Part shown: positions 7,564-17,171 of the stretch, one piece after another | Numbering within the stretch: position 1 is the first letter of the stretch | Layout of the letters: every line of letters begins with the position of its first letter | DNA from: a virus | Lineage: Duplodnaviria > Heunggongvirae > Uroviricota > Caudoviricetes | Reading direction: 5' to 3' (one strand) | Virus record (IMG/VR): IMGVR_UViG_2623620491_000014 | Coordinates: 1-24,129 of that record | DNA length: 24,129 nucleotides | Made by a program: the position numbers and the translations under genes | Notes under the pieces: generated by a model | What the model was told of the DNA's origin: nothing | Seen by the model: only the letters and a program-made list of their open reading frames with translations | Databases searched by the model: none

Positions 7564-9405
7564 TTACTGCTGTGTTGCCTCAGTAGCAAACAGCGGTCTG
7601 ATGGCATTCGCAGCGTTATTTATCGCTCTTTCATAGGCTGGTGTTCCTGCTTTGGTGTTTGCCAAACGAAGAAGCATATTCCTTGCTGCTTTGGACTCAT
7701 ACAAGCGCATCATTGCACCAAAACCAGCCTCAAGCCCCATTGATACGCCAAGAGTCGCAGTTGCGCCAATCGTCCTTATCCTGTTGGCTTGCGATTGCCC
7801 CGTCTGAGTTACTACATTTGCGGTGTCTGACCTTGCTGTTTGCTGTAGAACTTCATGAAGAGCATCAAGCTCTTTCATGTGCTTTCCAGAAAAAATAGTG
7901 TTGTAAATTTCACCGCCTGACTGAGATTTCAGCTTATTAACTTCCGTGATGAACTTGGCTGGAGAGTCACCGGCCTTTTCCGCTATTTTGCTGACGTAAG
8001 CTGCACGCATAGCATCTTTCCCCTTATCATCCAATGCGCTCCAGATTCGTTTCACGTCAGATGGTTTTCTGCTTAATACAACGGTATTTATAAGTTCAGG
8101 GCTGGATTCACTACTTGCCTTATTGAGCTTGTTAGCAATGTTTTTATTAAGCACCTTATTATAAACGTTTGCATAATCGGAATTTGCTTTAAGGTATTTT
8201 GCTGCGTCTGAAGCACCGAGGTTTTTAGCAACTGCGTTACGAAGGTCTTTTGACATTGCATTCTCTACCATATTGGTAGCTGCTTTTGCCTGGTTGGGGA
8301 AGACCATAGCATCTCCCTGAACATTAGATCTAAATGCCGTTCTGTGCTGACGCAGGAGATCAAACGTAACATCCAAATCAGTTGCAGGGTTTGCTAATTC
8401 TTCACGTAGGTTACGCAAGGATGTAAGCAGGCTTTGATTGGCAGACGTCCCAAGCCGTTCCTGTCTTGCGATCGCTGTATTCAGAGCATTCATGGTATTT
8501 GTGGTATCAACTGCGGCATTACCCATTTTATTGGTGACGTCATTGATAACAGCGCCAGCGGCATCCTTCCGTCCCCTTAACGTGGTGGTCAGAGATTTCA
8601 CCACATCATCAGGGTTGTACTCACCAAAACGGTCAAAATAATTACTTACCAGCTTACTACGCGTTGCATATTGCTCCGCTCGCTTTGAGCCTGTCCCGAG
8701 CAAAGCCCCCTCGGCATCCTGAGTAAGGCCGCGAGTGAAAGCATTTTTCGGCGTGATTACATCAGATGTCATTGGTGTCACGCCCATCGATTCTGATGTG
8801 GCAATTTTTTTCGCCACTTCTGGCGAAATATCGCCTTTTATAGCCGTCATTCCACGCCCTATTCCCTTTGCTGCTGCGGAAAGAACACCCTGAGCGGCAA
8901 GGTTGACTCCGGCATTTTTAGCTGCATTTTGTGCGAAATCGCCTTTCTGATTTGCGGCCTCTGCCAGTGATCCAATAGCCATGCTTCCTGCCGTTCCAAC
9001 TCCTGGAACTAAATACCCACCAATTGTTTCACCGGCTTGCGCGTAGGGGTCTGTCGGTCTGTCTACTGGACGATAAACATCATCCAAAACCTTGGGTCCA
9101 CCAAGCCCCTGACTGATTGCATTAATCAGACTTGCGCCGCCCTGCAATACGTCAAATGGTATGTTCACCAGACCACGACCAGCCTGTTCTGCAATTTGCC
9201 CTGCACTTTGACCACCAGTGAGCCAATCGCCAGCTTGTTGCATCAATGATGGTTCTTCCCGTGTTGGTGCATTATTGGCCTGATTAACTGTTTGTTGCTG
9301 AACAGCCTGACCAGCAAAATACTCATCAATGGCGATGCCAATATCTTCGGTGCTCGTACCATCAGGAAAGGTAAATGTCTTACCGTTTGCAGTTACTTTC
9401 ATCAT
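7564..9405 (-). CDS. Ejection (internal virion) protein, P22 gp16 homolog
   Basis: 613-aa ORF at the gp16 position and size (P22 gp16 about 609 aa), Ala/Gly/Gln-rich. Start overlaps the upstream gene's stop (ATGA). Confidence 0.85.
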   Translation of the reverse strand: MMKVTANGKTFTFPDGTSTEDIGIAIDEYFAGQAVQQQTVNQANNAPTREEPSLMQQAGDWLTGGQSAGQIAEQAGRGLVNIPFDVLQGGASLINAISQGLGGPKVLDDVYRPVDRPTDPYAQAGETIGGYLVPGVGTAGSMAIGSLAEAANQKGDFAQNAAKNAGVNLAAQGVLSAAAKGIGRGMTAIKGDISPEVAKKIATSESMGVTPMTSDVITPKNAFTRGLTQDAEGALLGTGSKRAEQYATRSKLVSNYFDRFGEYNPDDVVKSLTTTLRGRKDAAGAVINDVTNKMGNAAVDTTNTMNALNTAIARQERLGTSANQSLLTSLRNLREELANPATDLDVTFDLLRQHRTAFRSNVQGDAMVFPNQAKAATNMVENAMSKDLRNAVAKNLGASDAAKYLKANSDYANVYNKVLNKNIANKLNKASSESSPELINTVVLSRKPSDVKRIWSALDDKGKDAMRAAYVSKIAEKAGDSPAKFITEVNKLKSQSGGEIYNTIFSGKHMKELDALHEVLQQTARSDTANVVTQTGQSQANRIRTIGATATLGVSMGLEAGFGAMMRLYESKAARNMLLRLANTKAGTPAYERAINNAANAIRPLFATEATQQ

Positions 9406-10808
9406 TCCACCGTAAATTGAATGCCTGATTTTGAGGTATACGATCCAACCTGATTCCGTGGTTCTCCTGAAGGTGTCGAATCTTGTGCTGGCGCTGCGTC
9501 AGTATTCATTGACATATACCGCTTAACGGCACTCCCCAATGATTCACCTTTTTTAACATCCAACCCCAATATCTGACCGCCATTACGCGATTGTCCAGGG
9601 TTGCCATTCGCGCTCATCCACTCGGCTTTAAACTCATTAAACTGCGCGTTTCGTCGCTCAAGGTTTGCCATTGCATCAAGCCATCTTGCGACCGTCTCAG
9701 GGTTATCCATGTCAGTTGGTGCACCCTGCCGAACGATCTCAACGTCTTTATCCGTTGCGGGGCCGGGAGGTAGGAATTTAAGAACCTGACTGTTAACAAG
9801 GGCATTTTGGCGGATGCGCAAATCACGCAATGTTGTATCGCTTCCGGTAAGTTTTGCGAACATGTTCTGTGCGTTACCGAACAAACCTGTCGTTGGTTTT
9901 TCTGCTCTGAACTGTTGAGCAAGCGCACTCATAGAATTGGCTGAGTTTGATGATGCTGTGGCATTGTTTACAGCTGTCTCGATGCCTTTTTCCATGTTTA
10001 CTGACAGCTTAGGTGCTTCGCTAATCAACTGCTGAGCCTTTTCCTGCGCTTGCTGCATCTTAAACCCGAACTCTTGCTGATCCAGAGCCAAGCGTTGTGC
10101 TGCGATATTGTGCCCAGTCATTGCTGACTGATAGGAAAGGTTTTGGCCTCTCGCCTGAAGTGCCTCGCCAGCCTGATTGCTGCGGATTGTCTCTGCAAGT
10201 TTCCCGCGATCAATCTCACGACCAGCCATCTTGTCCTGAACATTGAAGTAATCAATTGGACCAAGAGCAGCCATTCCAAGGTGATCAACAAACTCACCAA
10301 ATCCTGAAGGATTCTGCTGATACATCTGAGCAACGCTGTTAGGGTCAACACCGACGCGAGTCAGTTCCTTGGCGTTGTTTTGCAGCCATGATTGCATTGC
10401 TTCTGGAGACGATGACGCAAGGCGTGCGCCAGCCGCTAAGGTGCCGATAGAATTACGCTGGTCTTCATCAATGAATCCCATGCCTTTACGAACTGATTCA
10501 ATCTGGTCTGGATATTGAGTAGCCAACTGACGCAAAGCACCGCGATCACCAGACGCATAAGCATTAGCGTATGCCTGCTGAAATTCTTTCTGCCGCTGAG
10601 CCTGCTTTTCCTGCTGAAACACCCCCGCAATACCTGAAAGGCCTTGCAAAGCAGTCAGCCCAACATTGTTAGCGCCTGAACGCTCAATATCATTGTTCTG
10701 CCTGATAAACTGAAGCGTATTGCCGATGTCATTTACGCTCGGAGCGTTTGAGTTTACGCCGCCGATACCAGCTAACAATCCGCCATTTGATCCTTGCCAA
10801 GTAGCCAT
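9402..10808 (-). CDS. Ejection protein, P22 gp20 homolog
   Basis: 468-aa ORF at the gp20 position and size (P22 gp20 about 471 aa); Gln/Ala/Asn-rich, low-complexity like ejection proteins. Confidence 0.85.
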   Translation of the reverse strand: MATWQGSNGGLLAGIGGVNSNAPSVNDIGNTLQFIRQNNDIERSGANNVGLTALQGLSGIAGVFQQEKQAQRQKEFQQAYANAYASGDRGALRQLATQYPDQIESVRKGMGFIDEDQRNSIGTLAAGARLASSSPEAMQSWLQNNAKELTRVGVDPNSVAQMYQQNPSGFGEFVDHLGMAALGPIDYFNVQDKMAGREIDRGKLAETIRSNQAGEALQARGQNLSYQSAMTGHNIAAQRLALDQQEFGFKMQQAQEKAQQLISEAPKLSVNMEKGIETAVNNATASSNSANSMSALAQQFRAEKPTTGLFGNAQNMFAKLTGSDTTLRDLRIRQNALVNSQVLKFLPPGPATDKDVEIVRQGAPTDMDNPETVARWLDAMANLERRNAQFNEFKAEWMSANGNPGQSRNGGQILGLDVKKGESLGSAVKRYMSMNTDAAPAQDSTPSGEPRNQVGSYTSKSGIQFTVE

Positions 10809-10817
10809 GATTACCCC

Positions 10818-11510
10818 TTAAAACAACGAGCCAAGCAGACCAAGACCAGCACCGATACCAGCACCCCACGGAGTTGATAGCTCGAGAGCGCTGGCTATGC
10901 CACCACCCAAAAGCGCACCGGATGCAGCACCACTAACCCCCTGCTGCAATGCTGACGGTCGGTTGGCGTTTGCCGCAGCCAGCGCCGCGCTTTGCTGTGA
11001 AATCTGACTCATGTTGTTGGCATATGTTTGCCCGGCGTTTGCCTGCCCCTGAAGAGCGCCAAGACCGATATTTGCCAGATTCTGGTAGTTGTTCATCTGA
11101 CCAGATAGCCATTGCTGACCAAGCGTTGGTGCGATTGTTGCTAACTGATTACTGGTTGCGGTGGAACCCAATCCACCCGTTGCTTCCGCTGCCGCCAGAC
11201 TCTGATAGCGAGCCTGACTTGCAAGGTCTTTATACTGCTGAGAGTTGTAATACTGATTAAGTGCCTGCCCCTGACCTTCTAAACTGGAAAGATTCTGAAG
11301 CTGGTTAACATACTGCTCCGCAAGCGGCGTGAACGGAGCAAGGTTTTTCATGATCGTCTGCCACTGCTGATTTTGCAGGTCTGCGGCATACTTCTGAGCT
11401 TCTGCTGCATACTTTGCGCTTTTATCAGAGCTGCCACCTTTCCCGCCTTTTTCAGGGCAATAAGGTTCCTCGCCGCGCAGTTTTCTGCCCAGCTTAAATG
11501 CATATAACAT
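10818..11510 (-). CDS. Ejection protein, P22 gp7 homolog
   Basis: 230-aa ORF (P22 gp7 is 229 aa) with a Gly/Ala-rich hydrophobic C-terminus; GGGAG Shine-Dalgarno upstream. Confidence 0.85.
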   Translation of the reverse strand: MLYAFKLGRKLRGEEPYCPEKGGKGGSSDKSAKYAAEAQKYAADLQNQQWQTIMKNLAPFTPLAEQYVNQLQNLSSLEGQGQALNQYYNSQQYKDLASQARYQSLAAAEATGGLGSTATSNQLATIAPTLGQQWLSGQMNNYQNLANIGLGALQGQANAGQTYANNMSQISQQSAALAAANANRPSALQQGVSGAASGALLGGGIASALELSTPWGAGIGAGLGLLGSLF

Positions 11511-11512
11511 GG

Positions 11513-11968
11513 CTATCTCCCGTGATTCAGGAAGTCGATTAGTTCTTCGCGTGTAGCACTGTAAAATGTCACGTCATCCACGCCTTTGAAGTATTTCTTG
11601 ATGGTTCCTACACGCTTAAGGCCAATCATTGCGCAGTACATCTGCCCGTGGCGGAATTTGCGTGCAGCGAACGATGTGACGCACTGAACGGTGGTGTTAG
11701 TCAGAATGTATCGCCAGAACGCCAGCCCGATTTCCTTGCTGAAGCCGCGAATCTCTGGCAGGTACATGGCGTGGCAATCGAATGTCAGCGGCTGAATCTC
11801 CTGATAGTAAACAATGCCGCCGAACTGCCCGTGCACGTTCACCTCAAAGTAACGGCAATCAGGTTTGTAGTCGTATCCATCACCGTTGTTGCTCCCGGCG
11901 ATAATGTCAGGGTGATTTCCTACTGCTTCGATCAGGTCGATGTTTCGCGTTGGTTTGAACTGAATCAT
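11513..11968 (-). CDS. P22 gp14-like virion assembly/ejection-associated protein
   Basis: About 151-aa ORF in the gp14 slot between tail needle and gp7. ATG at 11968 overlaps the tail needle stop (ATGA). Identity by synteny and size. Confidence 0.7.
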   Translation of the reverse strand: MIQFKPTRNIDLIEAVGNHPDIIAGSNNGDGYDYKPDCRYFEVNVHGQFGGIVYYQEIQPLTFDCHAMYLPEIRGFSKEIGLAFWRYILTNTTVQCVTSFAARKFRHGQMYCAMIGLKRVGTIKKYFKGVDDVTFYSATREELIDFLNHGR

Positions 11969-12816
11969 CACTGCTCCGCAATGATTTTGATGGTTGTGGC
12001 AGTAAACGCCGCCCCATTTGACTGAATGGTTAACGTACTGCCATTTGTGGCAAGAAAGCCGTCTTTATCCACGCTGAAGAACGTAGCTAACAGGATGTTG
12101 TCGGTTGTTGTCGCCGAGTTGCGACTGCTTACCAGTGTGTCATGAACAGAACCGGAAAATGTTAGCTGCATTGACCTGTTGGCGGTTCCGCTGGGCCACG
12201 TCCCGACAATCGACAGCTTGAAGAACAAGGTTTTGTTCTCGTTGAACACAACCATCTTGTTGTTAACAGTGTCGAAGAATGGTGCCAACGTCCCGGATGA
12301 CGGCGTGAGCGTTTTCAGCAGGCTAACAAGGTTGGTCGGCGCTGTCGGGATGGTTACTGATACGCCAGAGTAAACAACCTCTGACTTCTTGCGTTTGGTT
12401 GCATACTCCAGAGCATCAATGCGCGTTTCATGGTCTGAAACCTGCGACTCCAGCGACTGAACTCTGGTATCAAGCGACGCAATATCGCTTTCATTCTGAG
12501 CGATTCGCGTTTCATGGTCCTGAAGAGTTGATTCTGCCTGGCTGATTCGCTCCTCATGATTAACAAGCGTTGCTTCCGCAGCAGAAATTCGCTGCTCATG
12601 GTCAGCGAGAATCACATCCTGCTCATCGTTCCTGACTTGTGCGTCATAAGCGCCCTGTCCGGCCTCGTTGGCCTTGTTAGCCACGTTACCAACATCAGTA
12701 CCCTGTGCGATAACGTAAAGCAGATACGACTGCGAGAAGATATTGCGTGGAAGGACTGATGTGTCGAGCCGTGTAGCCTGAATGATTACCGGAACATTGA
12801 GATTCGAATCCGCCAT
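11968..12816 (-). CDS. Tail needle (P22 gp26 homolog) with extended C-terminal knob domain
   Basis: 282-aa ORF. N-terminus [43 protein letters not shown]...[19 protein letters not shown] matches the gp26 N-terminal and coiled-coil region, with heptad-like HE.RI repeats. About 50 aa longer than P22 gp26, with a beta-rich C-terminus as in Sf6-type needles. Confidence 0.88.
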   Translation of the reverse strand: MADSNLNVPVIIQATRLDTSVLPRNIFSQSYLLYVIAQGTDVGNVANKANEAGQGAYDAQVRNDEQDVILADHEQRISAAEATLVNHEERISQAESTLQDHETRIAQNESDIASLDTRVQSLESQVSDHETRIDALEYATKRKKSEVVYSGVSVTIPTAPTNLVSLLKTLTPSSGTLAPFFDTVNNKMVVFNENKTLFFKLSIVGTWPSGTANRSMQLTFSGSVHDTLVSSRNSATTTDNILLATFFSVDKDGFLATNGSTLTIQSNGAAFTATTIKIIAEQ

Positions 12817-14234
12817 TACTCAATCCTTATCTGGCAGCCAGACAGAGTTACAGGTGACTTCGTGATAACGCGCAATTTGAAGCCAACATTTTTCCTGATG
12901 CGCCCTACTCGCTTCCACAAAACGCGTTTGTCGTAAACGAACGGTTCATTCTGCTCAATCATCTGCTCACGACCGTAATTTATGCCGTCAGTGGTTGCAG
13001 AGAGAAAAAGGCGGTCAGCGTACTGAGCTACGCCAGTTGAAGATTCAACCTCAAGGTCGAACACTCTTGCGTTATCCGCTTTGAACAGCGGAGTAAACAG
13101 CAGGTGTTCCTGTTGAAGGCTATACTGACTGCTGATATCGAACTGCAATTTCCCGGTCACGGACTCCAGCTTATCGCCGCACGTTATCTGATTGCCTTCG
13201 TAAATGAAGTCGATAGCGCGGTACACATCGTCATACAAGCCAGTTTTCAGCACACACCATTGCGGACCATTGGCGCTTGAAGATGCGTCGTACACAAGGA
13301 CGTGACGCGGAAGATGGATAATCAGCAACTCATGCGCATCAAATCGCAAAGACTCCATCACACCATCAGCCAGTTCATCAGCAGTGTAGGAGCGGAGTAT
13401 TTTCTCAATGCTCGCGCTGGCGATTGGTGACACCTGACCGGAGCCGATGATGTATACAGACGGCGCACCTGTTGCCGGATTGCTGATGAACGCATACGAG
13501 TCAGCAAACGGCGTTTTGCAGTAGGTTCCGGCAATGCCTTTCTGCACCATCAGCGATGGCTGTGCGACATACAAAGCAGCACCAACGGTGGTTGCACCAG
13601 TCAGGGAGAAATATTCAATCGTCGATGAACCAAAGCAGACGATGAAGTCTCGCCATGTGCCGATACCGATGATGCCGTCCGGCTGCGATTCTGCGCGATA
13701 TTGTGCGCTGTAACGGTCAGGATGCGATTCGTCTTCAAGGTCAGTGATAAACCATGAATCAGTGCCGTCTTTTGACCACGCATAACGACCACGTAAGCGC
13801 GTAATGTCACGAACCGAACCTAACTCATACTGCGTGAATCCGCTGTCTGTAGGCCAGTTTGAGACGGTTTTAACCGTGCCATCATAGCGATACTCGAAAA
13901 GTTGACCATTAACGCCTACCGCCTGCGATGTCCGACCATGCGCCATTGATACGCGACCACTTCCGGCAACATCACCGACTTCACTTTCTCCTTTGTACAG
14001 CTTGCCGCCACACACGCGATAAACAGCATTCTGCGCCATGTTGTACTCGACGCCGCGCGATACACCGTTCACATCAGAACGTTTGGCAATGCCCGGGAAT
14101 GAGCGAAGATATCCGCTGCTGTTGAGGATTTCTTTGGGTGTAGCCAACATATTCACTGGCAGATAGTCGATATAGTCGGCGTTTCTAAAGTCTTTGCCGA
14201 CACCTTTCATAAGCGGAAGTTGCTGAATAGGCAT
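12816..14234 (-). CDS. Tail hub protein, P22 gp10 homolog
   Basis: 472-aa [52 protein letters not shown]..., highly similar to P22 gp10 (472 aa) as recalled. GAGGTG Shine-Dalgarno upstream. Confidence 0.92.
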   Translation of the reverse strand: MPIQQLPLMKGVGKDFRNADYIDYLPVNMLATPKEILNSSGYLRSFPGIAKRSDVNGVSRGVEYNMAQNAVYRVCGGKLYKGESEVGDVAGSGRVSMAHGRTSQAVGVNGQLFEYRYDGTVKTVSNWPTDSGFTQYELGSVRDITRLRGRYAWSKDGTDSWFITDLEDESHPDRYSAQYRAESQPDGIIGIGTWRDFIVCFGSSTIEYFSLTGATTVGAALYVAQPSLMVQKGIAGTYCKTPFADSYAFISNPATGAPSVYIIGSGQVSPIASASIEKILRSYTADELADGVMESLRFDAHELLIIHLPRHVLVYDASSSANGPQWCVLKTGLYDDVYRAIDFIYEGNQITCGDKLESVTGKLQFDISSQYSLQQEHLLFTPLFKADNARVFDLEVESSTGVAQYADRLFLSATTDGINYGREQMIEQNEPFVYDKRVLWKRVGRIRKNVGFKLRVITKSPVTLSGCQIRIE

Positions 14235-14243
14235 TTATTCACC

Positions 14244-14705
14244 TCACGTACTCGGATCATCTTTCTCGATGTAAAACCGATTCCACGTAAACGCGCTTTT
14301 TAACCCCGCCCCGCGAGGCATATCATTTCGCCGCTCAAGTGGTGGTATTTTGGTTAAAGCGATGCAGATTGTCTGATATGCACTGTCAGCAGCGGTAAGG
14401 AGAGCGTCTGACGGCTGAATGACGTTATCCATGCACACTTGCACAGCGAGTTTCAAAGCGACGCCATCATTTGCCCATGCAGGGATACCTGAATCATCGT
14501 CAGGTAACGGCATGATGCCGTTTTCTGTATCAGCAAACTGATATCCAAGCTCGATACCTTTAGCCTGCCATGCTGCCATCATGTCTTCGAGGTCATTAAT
14601 GGCATCTTCAATTGCCTGAGGGTCAGCATCTGTCAACGTGGCATTGGAATACAGCCCGGCTTTTCGTAAAGCCTTTAGAACGAGATCACCCTTCGTTTTC
14701 GCCAT
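14244..14705 (-). CDS. Tail accessory / head-completion protein, P22 gp4 homolog
   Basis: 153-aa ORF in the gp4 slot between coat and gp10; acidic protein. Identity by synteny and size. Confidence 0.8.
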   Translation of the reverse strand: MAKTKGDLVLKALRKAGLYSNATLTDADPQAIEDAINDLEDMMAAWQAKGIELGYQFADTENGIMPLPDDDSGIPAWANDGVALKLAVQVCMDNVIQPSDALLTAADSAYQTICIALTKIPPLERRNDMPRGAGLKSAFTWNRFYIEKDDPST

Positions 14706-14874
14706 CTTCTTCCGCCTTAGCCACTTTTTGCTTCGTTGCGGTTTCTTCAGGAGTTTTTACCCAACCTTTTTTCAGGTGAGATTTAACTTCTTCGTCATCA
14801 ACAATGATGTAATCGACAGCAAACTGACCACAGGTGATCATGTTGCCTGGCTTATAGAGCATTGTTCGTGCCAT
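14686..14874 (-). CDS. Small hypothetical protein (62 aa) between coat and gp4
   Basis: In-frame ATG at 14874 with a GGGAGAAG Shine-Dalgarno upstream. Overlaps the gp4 start by 20 nt. Acidic C-terminus (EEDGENEG). No family recognised. Confidence 0.5.
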   Translation of the reverse strand: MARTMLYKPGNMITCGQFAVDYIIVDDEEVKSHLKKGWVKTPEETATKQKVAKAEEDGENEG

Positions 14875-14915
14875 TGTCTTCTCCCAATAAAAATGGGGCC
14901 GAAGCCCCACCAAAA

Positions 14916-16169
14916 TTACTGCCCGGCAATAACGATGCCCGTATATTCAGGAACAAGTACAGAGCAACCGTACAGAGTGGTGAAACGAGCAGTGGTTACG
15001 CCTTTGATGTGGTCGAAGGCGTAAGACATGATCAGCGTAGCGCCCTGCTCGGTGGTTGCTGTCATTACCTGTGGCCCCTGACCAGTCGGGAATGCCAGTT
15101 TGCCGTACATCAGTTCAACAGAACCATCAGCCCAGAACAGGTTAGCCGGTGCTGCGTTCTTGTTGAGAATGGTGATTGCTGCTGATTCTGCCGGTTTGGC
15201 ATCGACGTTTGCATATGGACGACTCGCAACATCAGTATTTTCAACAGGGAGAATCTTTGGAGAAATTGTTACGGTAGTTCCGCTAACAGCCAGAACACGG
15301 AATACCTGCGGTTGCCCGGTGGTATCTTTTGTGATCTGGTGTACGGAATTCACACCGGCAATGGTGAACGCATCACCAACCTGCAAGCCAGATGCAGATA
15401 CCGTAATAGTCCCCTGTCGGTTATCAACTGGCATACCATTTGAATCTTTCGCTTCAACCTTGTGTTCAGGTTGGCCTGATACTGTCAAGGATTCAACGCT
15501 TCCTTTCGGTAATCGACCAGAAATATCGGTCTTGTAGCTATCAAAGGAAGCAACCTGAGGGATCTGCGCTTTTTCGTATGCTGTCAGGGTTGCGCCCTGA
15601 GCATAGGCACGGTGACCAAGCTCGCCAGCAAGGTCTTTGTAGTTGAAGGGGTTCCAGAAAGAGCGACGGTTGATACCCTGAGGTACACCAATCGCCGTCA
15701 TGGTGGCATCAATATCTGCCGCACCATTCCACAAGGCAAGGCCCCGTGAGCCATTTTCTGAGGCAGGAATTGCGACCACGTTAGTAGCACGCTGCGTGAC
15801 CATGGAAATCAGGTCAGAGTCAATCTGTGCAGCAAGGCGCATACCTGCGGCTCGACCAGCTTCAGTTTTATGTTCCGGGTCACGCATTTCACGCGCATCC
15901 AGAGTGTACAGAATGTTTTTCGGCTCCTTGAACACAGAAGGAACAAGGCGCTGAACCAGTGCTGTTGGCGTTTTGCCGCTGAGGTCTAGGCCTTCCTCAA
16001 TGTTCATGTGGTAATGCTGCGGACGATACAGAACATCACCTGCTCGCTGCATTGCTGTATCACCGGGACGGAATTTTTTAGCGTTACGGGAAACTACGCA
16101 GGCGGCCTCAAAGCCTTCAACGTAGTTTTCGAACATGATTTCAAGGTCTTTTGCTAATTGGTTAGGCAT
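14916..16169 (-). CDS. Major capsid (coat) protein, P22 gp5-type
   Basis: 417-aa ORF directly downstream of the scaffold gene; size and position match P22-like coat proteins (about 420-430 aa). GGAG Shine-Dalgarno upstream. Confidence 0.88.
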   Translation of the reverse strand: MPNQLAKDLEIMFENYVEGFEAACVVSRNAKKFRPGDTAMQRAGDVLYRPQHYHMNIEEGLDLSGKTPTALVQRLVPSVFKEPKNILYTLDAREMRDPEHKTEAGRAAGMRLAAQIDSDLISMVTQRATNVVAIPASENGSRGLALWNGAADIDATMTAIGVPQGINRRSFWNPFNYKDLAGELGHRAYAQGATLTAYEKAQIPQVASFDSYKTDISGRLPKGSVESLTVSGQPEHKVEAKDSNGMPVDNRQGTITVSASGLQVGDAFTIAGVNSVHQITKDTTGQPQVFRVLAVSGTTVTISPKILPVENTDVASRPYANVDAKPAESAAITILNKNAAPANLFWADGSVELMYGKLAFPTGQGPQVMTATTEQGATLIMSYAFDHIKGVTTARFTTLYGCSVLVPEYTGIVIAGQ

Positions 16170-16187
16170 GCTTAATGCTCCGATAGG

Positions 16188-17081
16188 TTATTTTTTTGCC
16201 TTTTTGGCGGCGAAATACGGCGTCCAGTCACCAGTTTCCAGCGCCTTGGCTTTCAGTTTGCCGAGGTTATTGATTACTGCGCCGTTGCCCCCCTTAACTG
16301 TCGGGGTTGTGGCTGCCGTGGTTTTTGCTTTTGGCATGATTCTGGCCTTCGATTCGATACGTTCCAGCAGACGACCAATTGCTACGGGGTTGGTAGCTTC
16401 TGCCAGTTGCTTGCGCAGTTCAGCGTTGCGACCGAGTGCCAGAACAACGATTTCCGGCTTCTCTGACTCAAACAGGATCGCGTTTTGTGTCTCGATGGGG
16501 ATTTCCTCGAGTACGGCCTGTTCTGCTTCCTGATAGCCAGGAACCTTGAGAGCCTTAACACGTTGCTGATATTTGGATAATCGCTCTTGATAGGCAGCCT
16601 GAAGCTCCTGCTCCTTCTGCTTGCGAGCCATCTCCTGTTGCTGGTACTTGCCGTTATCCTCTGCCCACTTAGCCATGCGTTGCTGGTAGATTTCTTCATC
16701 GAAACCGATGTCCTCATCATCCATTTTTGGCATTCGCGGTGGTTGAGTGATTACCGGCTGCTGCTCGACGGGTTTCTGAGACTGACGCATCAGCTCTTTC
16801 AGCTCGCGGTCTTTCTCTTTAATCGTCTTGCGCAGGTGTTTTACCAGTCCATGCTCTCCGCCATCTTCGCTGGTTGGCGAATCCAGCTTTTCGTCACCAA
16901 AGTAGAATTCCTGTTCTGATTCGTCGTCATCAGTGTCAGTAGCTTCCTCTGCATCATTTCCTGAGGACTCACTGCCATCTACTTTTTCGACTTCTTCAGC
17001 CAGTTCGACATCATCAGGAATCTGCTCTGACGCGTCGGGTTCGATTTCAACTTCTGGTGTGTTTTCTGCCATCTGGTCCAT
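16188..17081 (-). CDS. Scaffolding protein, P22 gp8-type
   Basis: 297-aa, highly acidic N-terminus, charged helical middle (KQKEQELQAAYQERLSKYQQRVK) and basic C-terminal tail (KKAKK), between portal and coat. AGGGG Shine-Dalgarno upstream. Confidence 0.85.
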   Translation of the reverse strand: MDQMAENTPEVEIEPDASEQIPDDVELAEEVEKVDGSESSGNDAEEATDTDDDESEQEFYFGDEKLDSPTSEDGGEHGLVKHLRKTIKEKDRELKELMRQSQKPVEQQPVITQPPRMPKMDDEDIGFDEEIYQQRMAKWAEDNGKYQQQEMARKQKEQELQAAYQERLSKYQQRVKALKVPGYQEAEQAVLEEIPIETQNAILFESEKPEIVVLALGRNAELRKQLAEATNPVAIGRLLERIESKARIMPKAKTTAATTPTVKGGNGAVINNLGKLKAKALETGDWTPYFAAKKAKK

Positions 17082-17171
17082 TTGTTACCCCTGTTTACTC
17101 GATGTTCAGCCCATCGGAAGGCAATAGGGTGCCAGGCCTCATAAAGACAGCCATTGCACGTTATGGGTTAA

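Noticed and set aside
14638-15537. Plus-strand ORFs of 128, 107 and 145 aa
   Set aside because: Antisense to the coat and gp4 genes, with no Shine-Dalgarno or domain signal; shadow ORFs.
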